Assembly (NCBI GenBank): GCA_018897195.1
Contig: JAHILH010000006.1
Location: forward strand, 2,152-66,151
Reading direction: 5' to 3'
DNA: 64,000 nucleotides
Origin: Patescibacteria group bacterium
Lineage (GTDB): Bacteria; Patescibacteriota; Patescibacteriia; Patescibacteriales; UBA12075
Both the position numbers and the translations under genes were made by a program. The number at the start of each line of letters is the position of its first letter. Positions within the stretch are counted from its first letter, which is position 1. This document shows, one piece after another, positions 28,365-39,965 of this stretch. The notes beneath the pieces are model-generated. The model did no database searches. It had not been told where the DNA came from and worked only from the letters and a program-made list of their open reading frames with translations.

Positions 28365-30755
28365 ATGAAAAAGCGCTTAATAATTTTAGGCATTGTTGTA
28401 CTGACAGTGCTTCAATTGAAAAGGGGCGCTTTTGTGTTTGCGAATAACAATTTGCAATTCAGCGAAATTGCCTGGATGGGGACCGCGACTTCGAGTAATG
28501 ACGAGTGGATCGAGTTAAAAAATAATTATAATGAGACAATTGATTTGAATGGCTGGAAAATCATCGCACGTGATGGTGTGCCAATTATTAATTTGACCGG
28601 CAGTATTATTCCCGGCGGTTTTTATTTACTGGAAAGAACGGATGATGACACCGTGGTTGATATTCCAGCGGATTTGCTTTATAGTGGCGCCTTGGTAGAC
28701 ACTGGCGAGTTTTTGGAGTTATGGAATTCAACTGGTGAAGTAATTGATACAGTTGATGCTTTGGCGGGTTGGCCGGCGGGTGATAAGATAACGAAGCAGA
28801 CAATGGATTGGGACGGGTCTAATTGGGTAATGAGCGTGAGTGCTGGTGGCACGCCCAAGGCGGAGCGTGCGGCAGTGATTGTTGAGCCAGTACCGGCTGT
28901 TGTGTCTCAAGTCGAGTATAACAATGCACCGCTTATTGCTAACAATGATGCTGACGACCTGGTTGTTGTAAAGAGGTATTTACTAGGCGACGTAGTTGTT
29001 AATGAGTTTGTATCCGATCCAAGCGCTGGCGAAGATGAGTGGGTGGAATTATTTAATAACACCGATCAGGTTATTGATTTGAGCGGTTGGACGATTACAG
29101 AAGGCAGTGGCAAGGAAACAGTTCTAAGTGGTAGTATTTTGAAGCACAAATATTTTGTAGTGGAAAAGATTAAGGGTAATTTAAATAATGATGGCGATGT
29201 AATTGTTTTGCGTGATGCGGGAAAAAATTTGGTTGACAAGGTAGCTTATGGTAATTGGGATGATGGACAGGCGAAGGATAATGCACCGGCAGCCAAGGAT
29301 CCCAAAAGCGCGGCGCGTAAGATTGATGGTTATAATAGTTATAATAATAAATTTGATTTTGTAAAAACAGATCAGCCATCCAAGAACGCCGGTAATATAA
29401 TTTTGAATGAGGTATTGCAAAGTGTAATTAATGAAATAGCGAGTAGCACGGCGACCACCACGGCTAGTAGTAGTCAAATAAAGATTGATAATTTGATTAT
29501 AGCGACAACAACAGTGGCGACGACTACAAAGAAAAATTTAGAAATAAAAATTAACGAAATATTACCAAGTCCAGACAAGGGTGGTGAAGAGTGGATTGAA
29601 TTATACAATGATAGCACGACGAAGATTAATCTTTTTAATTGGAGTGTTGATGACGATGACCAGGGTGGGAGTAAGCCGTATAAATTTGCGACTACTACCT
29701 GGATTGGACCGAAAGAGTTCTATATTTTAAAAGGGACAGTATCAAAATTAGCCTTAAACAATGATGGCGACAAGGTGATTTTGATTGACGACAATGGAGG
29801 CATTGTTGATAAAATTATTTACGAAAAAACTGTTGTCGGCCAGGCTTATGCGAGAAACGATGAGGGGCAGTGGTTGTGGACGATGGTAGTGACACCGGGT
29901 GAGAAAAACAATTTAATGCAAAAAGAAATAATTTTGGCTGAGCAAGAATTTAGCACAGTGCAGGGCGATGACATGGTCCTGGATATTCCGTTGATGATAA
30001 GTCTGGAAGAGGCACGCAAAATGGAAAAAGGCGCCTATATTTTAGTTGAGGGCACAGTCACGGTTTTGCCCGGTGTGCTGGGAAGTCAATATTTTTACAT
30101 TGGAATAAATCAAAAAACTTCTGATGGTGTAGTTAATTTTGGTTTGCAAATTTACAGCAATAAAAAAGATTTTCCTGTTTTGAAAGTGGGCGACAACGTG
30201 GAGGTGCTTGGCGAAATCTCAGAAACCAATGGTGAGAAGCGCTTAAAGACGTCTTCTGAAAAAGATATACATATTATTGGTAGGGGGAAAACGGTGATAC
30301 CGCAAAAAATGACTTGTGAAAATATTGACGACAGTTTATTTGGCGTCTTGGTGGAGGTTGATGGAGAAATTAGCGATATCAAATCGACGGGAATATACCT
30401 TGATGATGGTACAGATGAAATGCGGGTTTATGTCAAAAAAACAACAGGAATTGATTATAAGGAATATAAAGAAGCGAGTAAAATTAGGGTAATCGGTATC
30501 GTTGGTTCGGCTAAAAGTGAGCTTAGATTGTTGCCCAGAAGTAAAGATGATATAATAATATTAGATAAAAAAATGGCCGTGGATACAGTCAAAAATACAT
30601 CTTTGGAGCCAAAAGTGTTGGGAGCAACCTTGGATAATAGTGATTTGGTAATTGAGCCACGAGCTGGTAATGAGGCTATAAAATATTTGGTAGTTTTATT
30701 GGGTGGTGGCATGCTTATGTCACTGGTGTGGTTTTTTAAGTTTAGAAAAATATAG
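28365..30755 (+). CDS. Surface-anchored protein with three lamin-tail domains and OB-fold-like C-terminal barrels
   Basis: Signal peptide and three LTD signatures (EIAWMGTATSSNDEWIELKNN..IDLNGWKI; VVNEFVSDPSAGEDEWVELFNNTDQVIDLSGWTI; KINEILPSPDKGGEEWIELYNDSTTKINLFNWSV). Two OB-like segments follow (ILVEGTVTVLPG ... VGDNVEVLGEISETNGEKRLK; VLVEVDGEISDIK). Ends in a C-terminal TM helix. Confidence 0.7.
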   Translation: MKKRLIILGIVVLTVLQLKRGAFVFANNNLQFSEIAWMGTATSSNDEWIELKNNYNETIDLNGWKIIARDGVPIINLTGSIIPGGFYLLERTDDDTVVDIPADLLYSGALVDTGEFLELWNSTGEVIDTVDALAGWPAGDKITKQTMDWDGSNWVMSVSAGGTPKAERAAVIVEPVPAVVSQVEYNNAPLIANNDADDLVVVKRYLLGDVVVNEFVSDPSAGEDEWVELFNNTDQVIDLSGWTITEGSGKETVLSGSILKHKYFVVEKIKGNLNNDGDVIVLRDAGKNLVDKVAYGNWDDGQAKDNAPAAKDPKSAARKIDGYNSYNNKFDFVKTDQPSKNAGNIILNEVLQSVINEIASSTATTTASSSQIKIDNLIIATTTVATTTKKNLEIKINEILPSPDKGGEEWIELYNDSTTKINLFNWSVDDDDQGGSKPYKFATTTWIGPKEFYILKGTVSKLALNNDGDKVILIDDNGGIVDKIIYEKTVVGQAYARNDEGQWLWTMVVTPGEKNNLMQKEIILAEQEFSTVQGDDMVLDIPLMISLEEARKMEKGAYILVEGTVTVLPGVLGSQYFYIGINQKTSDGVVNFGLQIYSNKKDFPVLKVGDNVEVLGEISETNGEKRLKTSSEKDIHIIGRGKTVIPQKMTCENIDDSLFGVLVEVDGEISDIKSTGIYLDDGTDEMRVYVKKTTGIDYKEYKEASKIRVIGIVGSAKSELRLLPRSKDDIIILDKKMAVDTVKNTSLEPKVLGATLDNSDLVIEPRAGNEAIKYLVVLLGGGMLMSLVWFFKFRKI

Positions 30756-30757
30756 TT

Positions 30758-30785
30758 TTGTTGTTTGTAGGTATTATGTTATAAT
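30758..30785 (+). promoter_or_regulatory. Extended -10 promoter for ftsK: TTGTTG-16-(TGt)TATAAT
   Basis: TG 30777-30778 and TATAAT 30780-30785. Confidence 0.5.
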
Positions 30786-30853
30786 ATTTAAATATTGAAT
30801 TAATTATTTTAATTCCTGGATCCTCGCTTTTGCGATGGTAACGGAAGAAGACT

Positions 30854-33502
<2,649 letters not shown>

Positions 33503-33564
33503 TCATTGACACCCAATCTTTACAAAATTATCAAAATATATCATTATAATGTGTAGTAACCTGT

Positions 33565-33692
33565 TTTTGTCATTTCGACCATGGCCGGGCGACGGGAGAA
33601 ATCGCTTCGATTGCGCTATTAATAATTAACATTGTTTAGTAAAAATAGTTAAGTCGAAGCGATTTCTACGCTTTCGCTACGAAATGACAAAA
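33565..33692. repeat. 128-nt palindromic (MITE-like) intergenic element
   Basis: Outer arms TTTTGTCATTTCG / CGAAATGACAAAA (13 nt) and inner arms AGAAATCGCTTCGA / TCGAAGCGATTTCT (14 nt) are perfectly inverted. The centre is 43 nt and AT-rich, and the segments between the arm pairs are unrelated. Confidence 0.6.
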
Positions 33693-33723
33693 TTAAATTA
33701 ACTAATAATTAAATAAAAACTAT

Positions 33724-34371
33724 ATGATAATTTCTTGGCTCGGACATTCTTGTTTCAAACTTCAGGACAAAGCAGGCGCGGAGGGAATCACCGTGATTAC
33801 TGATCCGTTTGATAAAAAAATCGGCTTAAAAATGCCTTCGCTAGAGGCGGATATTGTGACCGTGAGTCATGATCACTACGACCACAATAATGTAGCGGCG
33901 GTGAAAAATAACCCTTATTTAGTGAATATGGCCGGTGAATATGATGTTAAAGGTGTTGCGATTCACGGCATTGAGTCTGATCACGACGACAAGGGTGGCA
34001 AAGAGCGTGGTAAAAATATTATTTTCCGTTTTGAGATAGATGATATTTCCGTCACCCACTTGGGCGATTTAGCCACAACACTAACTGACGCACAATTAGA
34101 AGTCTTAGTGGGTACTGATATATTATTAATTCCAATTGGAGGTAAATATACATTGGATGCCAAAAAGGCGGTGGAAGTAATCTCACAAATCGAGCCCAGA
34201 ATTGTGATTCCAATGCATTATAAAACTCCCGACTTGGCGATGGACGACCTCGATGGTTTGGAAAAATTCATCAAGGAATTTGGTGTGAAGCCAACGGAGG
34301 AACAAAAGTTGAAAATTAGCAAAAAAGATTTACCACAGGAGGATATGGAGTTGGTGATTTTGAGTATGTAA
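33724..34371 (+). CDS. MBL-fold metal-dependent hydrolase (UPF0173-like)
   Basis: ISWLGHSCFKLQ, VITDPF and VSHDHYDHNN (HxHxDH). Confidence 0.75.
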   Translation: MIISWLGHSCFKLQDKAGAEGITVITDPFDKKIGLKMPSLEADIVTVSHDHYDHNNVAAVKNNPYLVNMAGEYDVKGVAIHGIESDHDDKGGKERGKNIIFRFEIDDISVTHLGDLATTLTDAQLEVLVGTDILLIPIGGKYTLDAKKAVEVISQIEPRIVIPMHYKTPDLAMDDLDGLEKFIKEFGVKPTEEQKLKISKKDLPQEDMELVILSM

Positions 34372-34395
34372 TTTGTGATATATAGTATTAATATT

Positions 34396-34434
34396 TCTCC
34401 CTCTCCTGGACAGGAGAGGGTTGGGGTGAGGTGG
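34396..34434. repeat. GC-rich palindromic intergenic element (TCTCCCTCTCCTGGACAGGAGAGGGTTGGGGTGAGGTGG)
   Basis: 38 of 39 nt match the copy at 37894-37932. It contains the hairpin CCCTCTCC-tggaca-GGAGAGGG. Confidence 0.75.
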
Positions 34435-34498
34435 TGACGAAGTTGGCTATGTTGATAATTCGATTTTGACAAAAAGTCGAATTTTTTATTTGCCAAAA

Positions 34499-34528
34499 TT
34501 TCAACTTTTTTCTATTATATGGTATAAT
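34499..34528 (+). promoter_or_regulatory. Extended -10 promoter for the pilin gene (weak -35, TGgTATAAT)
   Basis: TG 34520-34521 and TATAAT 34523-34528. This leaves a ~85-nt 5' UTR containing the hairpin AAGTAG-10 nt-CTACTT (34543-34564). Confidence 0.6.
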
Positions 34529-34536
34529 GTGGATAA
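34528..34536 (-). promoter_or_regulatory. Perfect DnaA-box-like 9-mer TTATCCACA (minus strand)
   Basis: The plus strand reads TGTGGATAA and overlaps the last base of the pilin -10 hexamer. Confidence 0.4.
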
Positions 34537-34617
34537 CTAATTAAGTAGGTTTTATAATCTACTTTTAATAAAATAATTTTATCCATTTTCACTGATTTAA
34601 ATTCTAGAATTAAATTA

Positions 34618-35124
34618 ATGAAAATGCGAAAAACAAAATCTATGAAAAAAACCAACGAAAGTGGTTTTACATTGATCGAGTTACTAGTTGTAATCTCTAT
34701 CATTGGCTTGCTGTCAACTATGGCAGTTATTTCTTTAAACAGTGCTCGATCTAAGGCTAGAGATGCTAAGAGAGTTAGCGACATTAAGGGTCTTTCAACT
34801 ATGCTTGAAATGGAAAGAGCTAATCAAGGTGATACAGTTGGAGTTGGCACTTGCGTTCTTGCTGATGCTTTAACTTATACTTGTACCGGCGGTGAGCTTA
34901 CGGCTCAAGTTGCAAACTTTAAAGATCCTGTAACACCAGCTACTGCATGTACCAACACTACTACTACAACTTGTGGTTATTCTATTAGTACGGCAGCGGG
35001 AGCGGCTGCTGCCGCCTATGGTGATTATCAAATCTGCGCCTATCTTGAAAATGGATCTGGTGGATTTGGAGCCGGCTTGATTAGTGTTAAGACTGGTGGC
35101 GTAATGGCGGCTGGTTGTAACTAG
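34618..35124 (+). CDS. Type IV pilin (prepilin with class III signal)
   Basis: Basic leader, then G/FTLIELLVVISIIGLLSTMAVISL. The C-terminal domain has Cys pairs. It has its own extended -10 promoter and a strong terminator. Alternative in-frame starts lie at 34624 and 34642. Confidence 0.8.
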   Translation: MKMRKTKSMKKTNESGFTLIELLVVISIIGLLSTMAVISLNSARSKARDAKRVSDIKGLSTMLEMERANQGDTVGVGTCVLADALTYTCTGGELTAQVANFKDPVTPATACTNTTTTTCGYSISTAAGAAAAAYGDYQICAYLENGSGGFGAGLISVKTGGVMAAGCN

Positions 35125-35145
35125 TTCGATTATTGCCTATCCTTT

Positions 35146-35187
35146 AATCAGTCTAACTCTGAAAAGAGTTAGACTGATTTTTTTTGT
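35146..35187 (+). terminator. Strong rho-independent terminator after the pilin gene
   Basis: Perfect 14-bp stem AATCAGTCTAACTC / GAGTTAGACTGATT, loop tgaaaa, then T8. Confidence 0.85.
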
Positions 35188-35255
35188 GCTATTTTGCAAT
35201 TATTTGATTTATTTTGAGATGCTATTTCTTAATAAAATCAATACAGGTGAATTAC

Positions 35256-35287
35256 TTGATTTTTTTCTACATAAGTGTTATTATAAT
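35256..35287 (+). promoter_or_regulatory. Promoter for lepB: TTGATT-17-(TGt)TATTAT/TATAAT
   Basis: TTGATT 35256-35261, TG 35276-35277, TATTAT 35279-35284, overlapping TATAAT 35282-35287. Confidence 0.5.
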
Positions 35288-35368
35288 TTTATTAAATTAA
35301 ATAAAATTACTTGTTTTATTAATCGTTTTTGCCAATGATTCATTTTTTAGGTAATATTAGATAAACCC

Positions 35369-35932
35369 ATGTTTAAAAATTTCGCTTTATTTGTTTTTGA
35401 GTTACTCAAAATTGTGCTAATCTCACTGGTTATTATCATTCCGGTGCGGTATTTTTTGATTCAGCCTTTTTATGTAAAAGGCGCTTCAATGGAGCCTAAT
35501 TTTCATGATAAAGAATACTTAATTGTTGACGAGATTTCTTATCGATTGAATAGCCCTCAACGAGGTGATATTATTGTTTTTCGTTATCCGCGTAACCCGC
35601 AAGAATATTTTATCAAGCGTTTGATTGGCTTGCCGGGGGAGAAAGTGCAAGTGAAAGATGGTGCTGTTTTTATTTTTAATAAAGAGCATCCGGAAGGATA
35701 TCGTCTTGACGAGGCTTATTTGGGTGATGGTGTGAAGACTTACGGTTTTTCAGAGGATGTGACTACTTTGGGCGATGATGAAATTTACGTTTTGGGAGAC
35801 AATCGTAACGCTTCAAAGGATTCACGAACATTCGGGCCGGTAAACAAAAGTTTCTTAATCGGACGAGTTTTGTTTAGAGGTTATCCGTTCGACAAGATCG
35901 GCACTTTTACAGCGCCACAGTATAGTTTTTAA
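35369..35932 (+). CDS. lepB: Signal peptidase I
   Basis: VKGASMEPNF (catalytic Ser), IKRLIGLPGE (Lys) and GDNRNASKDSR. Confidence 0.85.
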   Translation: MFKNFALFVFELLKIVLISLVIIIPVRYFLIQPFYVKGASMEPNFHDKEYLIVDEISYRLNSPQRGDIIVFRYPRNPQEYFIKRLIGLPGEKVQVKDGAVFIFNKEHPEGYRLDEAYLGDGVKTYGFSEDVTTLGDDEIYVLGDNRNASKDSRTFGPVNKSFLIGRVLFRGYPFDKIGTFTAPQYSF

Positions 35933-35940
35933 TTACAACT

Positions 35941-36109
35941 GTCATTCCCATGAAAATGGGAATCCAGGCGCCACAGATTTTGAATACTTAATTATAGAGA
36001 CTAGTCTTGATAAAAAAATTGATAATAAAAAAAACTTCGTAAATTTTAATTTTCCTGATAGCGAGAGAAATCTACGAGGCACCTGGATCCCCGCCTTCGC
36101 GGGGATGAC
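35941..36109. repeat. ~170-nt MITE-like element with hairpin-forming terminal inverted repeats
   Basis: The left end is GTCATTCCCATGAAAATGGGAATCCAGGCGCC. The reverse complement of the right end is GTCATCCCCGCGAAGGCGGGGATCCAGGTGC. Each end is itself a hairpin, and the differences between the ends are paired (compensatory) within each hairpin. The centre is AT-rich. Confidence 0.55.
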
Positions 36110-36149
36110 GGAGGAATAATTAACTAATTAATATTTAACATAATATAGT

Positions 36150-37529
36150 ATGCCAAAAAAGCCAGGAATTAGTAAAAAACCAATTGTGAAGGAAAAGAAT
36201 AATCCCAAATTTTCTCGTTTACGAGGAATGAAGGATATTTTGATTGACGAATATAAATATTGGGATTTGATTGTGAAGAAGTCAAATAAGCTTGCCAAGG
36301 TTTATGGTTTTAATCGAATTGATACACCGGTAATGGAGCGTTTAGATTTGTATGAGCGTTCAACAGGCAAGGAGACTGATATTGTTTCCAAGGAGATGTA
36401 TACCTTTATCGATAAAGGCGGTGACAAAATCGCTTTGCGCCCAGAGGCAACCCCTGGATTGGTGCGTGCTTATGTCGAGCATGGCATGTTCAATATGCCA
36501 CAACCAGTGAAGACTTACTGGATGGGACCGCTTTTTCGTCATGAAAAACCTCAAGCTGGTCGTTTTCGACAGCACACGCAATTTAACTTTGATATGTTTG
36601 GTGAAGAGAGTCCAGTGGCTGATGCCCAGTTGATTTTGATTGCTTATAATTTTTTTAGTGAATTACAAATTGATACGCAAGTAGCAATCAACAGTATTGG
36701 TTGTCATGAATGTCGTCCAGACTATATCAAGAAATTAACAGATTTTTACAAAGAAAGAGGTAAGAGATCAAAACTTTGTAATGATTGCAAAAAACGTTTT
36801 GTAAAAAACCCTTTACGATTATTGGATTGTAAAGAGCATGACTGCGTTGAAGTTCGTGATGGCGCGCCGCAAATGGTTGATTTCTTGTGTGATGGCTGTC
36901 GCGATCATTTTATTAAAGTATTGGAATATTTAGATGAAATGGAAATTCCGTATAATCTTGAACCAACCCTAGTTCGTGGTTTGGATTATTATAACCGGAC
37001 CGTGTTTGAATTTATTGCCACCGAAGGCAATGAGGCTGATGGTGAAAATAATCCGCACAAGGAAGAGCGCAAGAAAAAGATTTCTATGGGCGGTGGCGGT
37101 CGTTATGACGGCTTAGTTGAGCATATGGGCGGTCGTCCAACTCCAGCGGTTGGTTTTGGACTTGGCGTAGAGCGGGTTGTAATGAAGATTAAGGAATTAA
37201 ATATCCCAATTACCAGAGATACTGAAGAATGTATTTTTGTTGCCCAATTGGGTGATCAGGCGAGACGAAAAACATTTAAGCTTTTTGAAGAAATGCGTAA
37301 GAACGGCTACAAGGTTGCCCAGATGTTTGTAAAAGATAGCTTGAAAGCGCAATTAGAAGAAGCAAATCGCATCGGCGCTAGATTATGCTTGATTCTGGGA
37401 CAGAAAGAACTTTTAGACGGCACAATTATTTTGAAAGACATGGTGTCAGGCACGCAGGAAATTATTGACTACAAAAAGATATATGTAGAAATTGCCAAGA
37501 GATTGGGAGAAGGTGCGACAGCTGAATAA
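36150..37529 (+). CDS. hisS: Histidine--tRNA ligase
   Basis: RGMKDIL, LRPEATPGLVRAY, FRHEKPQAGRFRQHTQFN (motif 2), GGGGRYDGL (motif 3) and a C-terminal anticodon-binding domain. Confidence 0.9.
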   Translation: MPKKPGISKKPIVKEKNNPKFSRLRGMKDILIDEYKYWDLIVKKSNKLAKVYGFNRIDTPVMERLDLYERSTGKETDIVSKEMYTFIDKGGDKIALRPEATPGLVRAYVEHGMFNMPQPVKTYWMGPLFRHEKPQAGRFRQHTQFNFDMFGEESPVADAQLILIAYNFFSELQIDTQVAINSIGCHECRPDYIKKLTDFYKERGKRSKLCNDCKKRFVKNPLRLLDCKEHDCVEVRDGAPQMVDFLCDGCRDHFIKVLEYLDEMEIPYNLEPTLVRGLDYYNRTVFEFIATEGNEADGENNPHKEERKKKISMGGGGRYDGLVEHMGGRPTPAVGFGLGVERVVMKIKELNIPITRDTEECIFVAQLGDQARRKTFKLFEEMRKNGYKVAQMFVKDSLKAQLEEANRIGARLCLILGQKELLDGTIILKDMVSGTQEIIDYKKIYVEIAKRLGEGATAE

Positions 37530-37575
37530 TAAATTTTTTAATTATTAATATAAAACTAGAAGGGTAGGTGTCAAT

Positions 37576-37812
37576 ATGGTTGATTTTAAAAGAAACAAGA
37601 ATGAAAGTTTTGAAGGGTTTTTGCGAAGATTCAACAAGACTTTGATTAAAAGTCGTAAATTGAACGAAGTTCGTAAACGTAAATACGTTTCGAAGAAAAA
37701 GAACAAAATCCAGCAAAAAGAAAAAGCTTTGATTGGTTTGAAACTTCAAGAAAAGAATGAATACTTGAAGAAGATTGGTAAACTAAAAGAAGAATCACGC
37801 GGTAAATGGTAA
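37576..37812 (+). CDS. rpsU: 30S ribosomal protein S21
   Basis: 78 aa and very basic. KRNKNESFEGFLRRFNKTLIKSRKLNEVRKRKY matches the S21 pattern (..ENESFD.ALRRFKR...K.G.L.E.R.R..Y). Confidence 0.7.
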   Translation: MVDFKRNKNESFEGFLRRFNKTLIKSRKLNEVRKRKYVSKKKNKIQQKEKALIGLKLQEKNEYLKKIGKLKEESRGKW

Positions 37813-37834
37813 AAATTTTATCGTTATAAAAAAA

Positions 37835-37878
37835 GGAACCCGGTTCCCCATATCGGGGTGACCGGGTTTCTTGTTTTT
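37835..37878 (+). terminator. Rho-independent terminator after rpsU
   Basis: GGAACCCGGTTCCCC-atat-CGGGGTGACCGGGTTTC (about 13 pairs with one bulge), followed by ttgttttt. Confidence 0.8.
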
Positions 37879-37893
37879 AATACGGCGGCGGAG

Positions 37894-37932
37894 TCTCCCT
37901 CTCCTGGATAGGAGAGGGTTGGGGTGAGGTGG
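37894..37932. repeat. GC-rich palindromic intergenic element (same family)
   Basis: TCTCCCTCTCCTGGATAGGAGAGGGTTGGGGTGAGGTGG. The single difference from the 34396 copy lies in the hairpin loop. Confidence 0.75.
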
Positions 37933-37981
37933 AAAACGCGCGTAAATAACAAAAATTAATTTTTATTATTAAACTTAATAT

Positions 37982-38434
37982 ATGGAAAATTTAACAGAAA
38001 AAATCAACGCTGATATTAAGACGGCGATGATTGCTAAAAGCGAGTTGGAACTTTTGACTTTGCGGATGTTGACGGCGGCCTTAAAAAACAAGCGCATCGA
38101 TCTAGGCAAGGAAGCAGTTTTGAGCGATGAAGATGTTGTCGCTGTTATTCAAACTGAGATTAAAAAACGCAAAGACTCAGCCGAGGCTTATTTGGCTGGT
38201 AATCGCGCTGACTTAGCTGACAAGGAAAAAGCGGAGATTGCGATTTTGGCAAAATACATGCCGGAGCAAATGAGCGCGGAGGAGTTGGAAAAAATTACCC
38301 AAGATACTATTGCGCAATTGGGCGCAAGTGGAATGAAAGATTTTGGCAAGGTGATGGGTGTGGTGATGAGCAAGGTTAAGGGTAAAGCGGACGGTAATCA
38401 GGTGAATGTGGCAGTGAAGAAATTGTTGGGTTAA
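37982..38434 (+). CDS. GatB/YqeY domain protein
   Basis: LTLRMLTAALKNKRIDL, IKKRKDSAEAYLAGNRADLADKEKAEIAILAKYMP and MKDFGKVMGVVMSKVKGKADGNQVN. Confidence 0.8.
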   Translation: MENLTEKINADIKTAMIAKSELELLTLRMLTAALKNKRIDLGKEAVLSDEDVVAVIQTEIKKRKDSAEAYLAGNRADLADKEKAEIAILAKYMPEQMSAEELEKITQDTIAQLGASGMKDFGKVMGVVMSKVKGKADGNQVNVAVKKLLG

Positions 38435-38453
38435 TCACTAGAATCATGGATAT

Positions 38454-38491
38454 AAAAAAAAGAGTCGCGAAATTTCGAGACTCTTTTTTTA
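38454..38491. terminator. Bidirectional terminator between yqeY-like (+) and rel (-)
   Basis: A7, then AGAGTCgCGAAATTTCGaGACTCT, then T7. Confidence 0.7.
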
Positions 38492-38501
38492 TTGAATAAA
38501 T

Positions 38502-39965
38502 TTATTTTATTCCCGGAATCATCTTTCTTAATTTTTCAAAGCGAGAAACTCTTTCAGCATGTTTGATTTTTTCTTTCGCTCTGTGCGTTTTGACAAATTT
38601 CAACCAGTTTTGATTTGGGGCTTTGCGATTTTTTTGAATCGTGATTTCGACTAAGTCGCCATTTTTTAAGACCTGATCTAGTGGGGCGATTTTGTCATTG
38701 ACCAGAGCACCGGTCATCTTGTTGCCGATTTCAGTGTGGACCAAGAAGGCAAAATCGACCGGAGAAGAGCCTTCGGGGAGGTCGAAGACATCGCCTTTTG
38801 GGGAGAAGACAAAAATGCGATTATGAAAAACGTTAATTTTTAATTCATTAATAAAATCATCAGTCGTTTCTGATTGTTGCTGAATTTTTAAAATTTCTCG
38901 AACCCAATTTGGTTGTTTGCTTTCCTTTTCACCTCTTTTTTGTTTGTAGTGCCAATGAGAAGGGACGCCATAAAGAGATTCTTCTTGCATTTCCATGGTG
39001 CGGAGCTGAAATTCGGTGGCTTTGTTTTCTGGTCCAAAAACAGTGGTGTGAAGAGAGCGATAACCATTTGGTTTTGGGACGGCAATGTAATCTTTGAACC
39101 GATCAGATTTTGGTTTCCAGATCGAATGAATAATACCTAATGTTTTGTAGCAATCGGAAACAGACGGAACAATAATGCGCAAAGCAAATACGTCATAAAT
39201 TTCGTCGAAGCGACGATCCTTGGTTTGCATTTTTTTATAAATACTATAGAGATGTTTAAAGCGACCTTCAATTTTGTAATTAATACCTTGGTCTAATAAT
39301 TTTTGTCCCAAAATATCTTTGATTTTTTGGATGTATTGGTTTCTTTCAGTTCTTTTTTCAACCTCGTATTTATATTCCAATTTTTTGTAGTCTTCTGGGT
39401 AAAGATATTTGAAGCAAATATCTTCCATTTGCCATTTGAGACGCCAGATGCCGAGTAGGCCGGCAATCGGGACGTAGATTTCCATGGTTTCCTTGGCAAT
39501 TCGGATTTTTTTCTCATCGGGCTGAGCATCAAGAGTACGGAGATTATGAAGACGGTCGCAAAACTTAATCAAGATGACGCGCACGTCTTCGGCCATGGCT
39601 AAGAACATTTTACGCAAAGATTCACGGTGTCTTTCCACGCCCCGGTATTTGATTTTACTTAATTTGGTAATACCTTCAACTAAAAAGGCGATTTCTTCGC
39701 CAAAAAGTTCTTTGACGTCTTCTAGAGTTCTGTCCGTGTCCTCAGGGACATCGTGAAGAATGCCGGCAATGATGGTACTTTGGTCAGCCTTAATTTGGGC
39801 TAGCATGAAAGCGGTATGCAGACAGTGCTGAATATAAGGCTCACCAGTTTTTCGTTTTTGGTTGCCGTGCGCCTCGTCAGCGAACTCATAAGCAAACTTA
39901 ATAAGATCCACATCGGTGTTGGGATTATTCTCCTTGGCCTTTTTGATAATTTGTTCAATAGTCAT
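38502..39965 (-). CDS. rel: RelA/SpoT-family (p)ppGpp synthetase/hydrolase, short form (HD-synthetase-TGS, no ACT)
   Basis: HD domain HGNQKRKTGEPYIQHCLHTA..ILHDVPEDT, synthetase NGYRSLHTTV and TGS IFVFSPKGDVFDLPEGSSPVDFAF. Confidence 0.85.
   Translation of the reverse strand: MTIEQIIKKAKENNPNTDVDLIKFAYEFADEAHGNQKRKTGEPYIQHCLHTAFMLAQIKADQSTIIAGILHDVPEDTDRTLEDVKELFGEEIAFLVEGITKLSKIKYRGVERHRESLRKMFLAMAEDVRVILIKFCDRLHNLRTLDAQPDEKKIRIAKETMEIYVPIAGLLGIWRLKWQMEDICFKYLYPEDYKKLEYKYEVEKRTERNQYIQKIKDILGQKLLDQGINYKIEGRFKHLYSIYKKMQTKDRRFDEIYDVFALRIIVPSVSDCYKTLGIIHSIWKPKSDRFKDYIAVPKPNGYRSLHTTVFGPENKATEFQLRTMEMQEESLYGVPSHWHYKQKRGEKESKQPNWVREILKIQQQSETTDDFINELKINVFHNRIFVFSPKGDVFDLPEGSSPVDFAFLVHTEIGNKMTGALVNDKIAPLDQVLKNGDLVEITIQKNRKAPNQNWLKFVKTHRAKEKIKHAERVSRFEKLRKMIPGIK

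Noticed and set aside
33506-33534. Possible promoter TTGACA-17-TATCAA upstream of the MBL hydrolase gene
   Set aside because: The -10 is poor (it lacks the final T) and there is no extended TG. I left it out of the feature list.
36690-36920. Cys-rich insertion in HisS (CHEC..CNDC..LDCKEHDC..CDGC) as an unusual zinc finger
   Set aside because: As far as I recall, a Cys-containing insertion domain at this position is common in bacterial HisS, so I do not treat it as novel.
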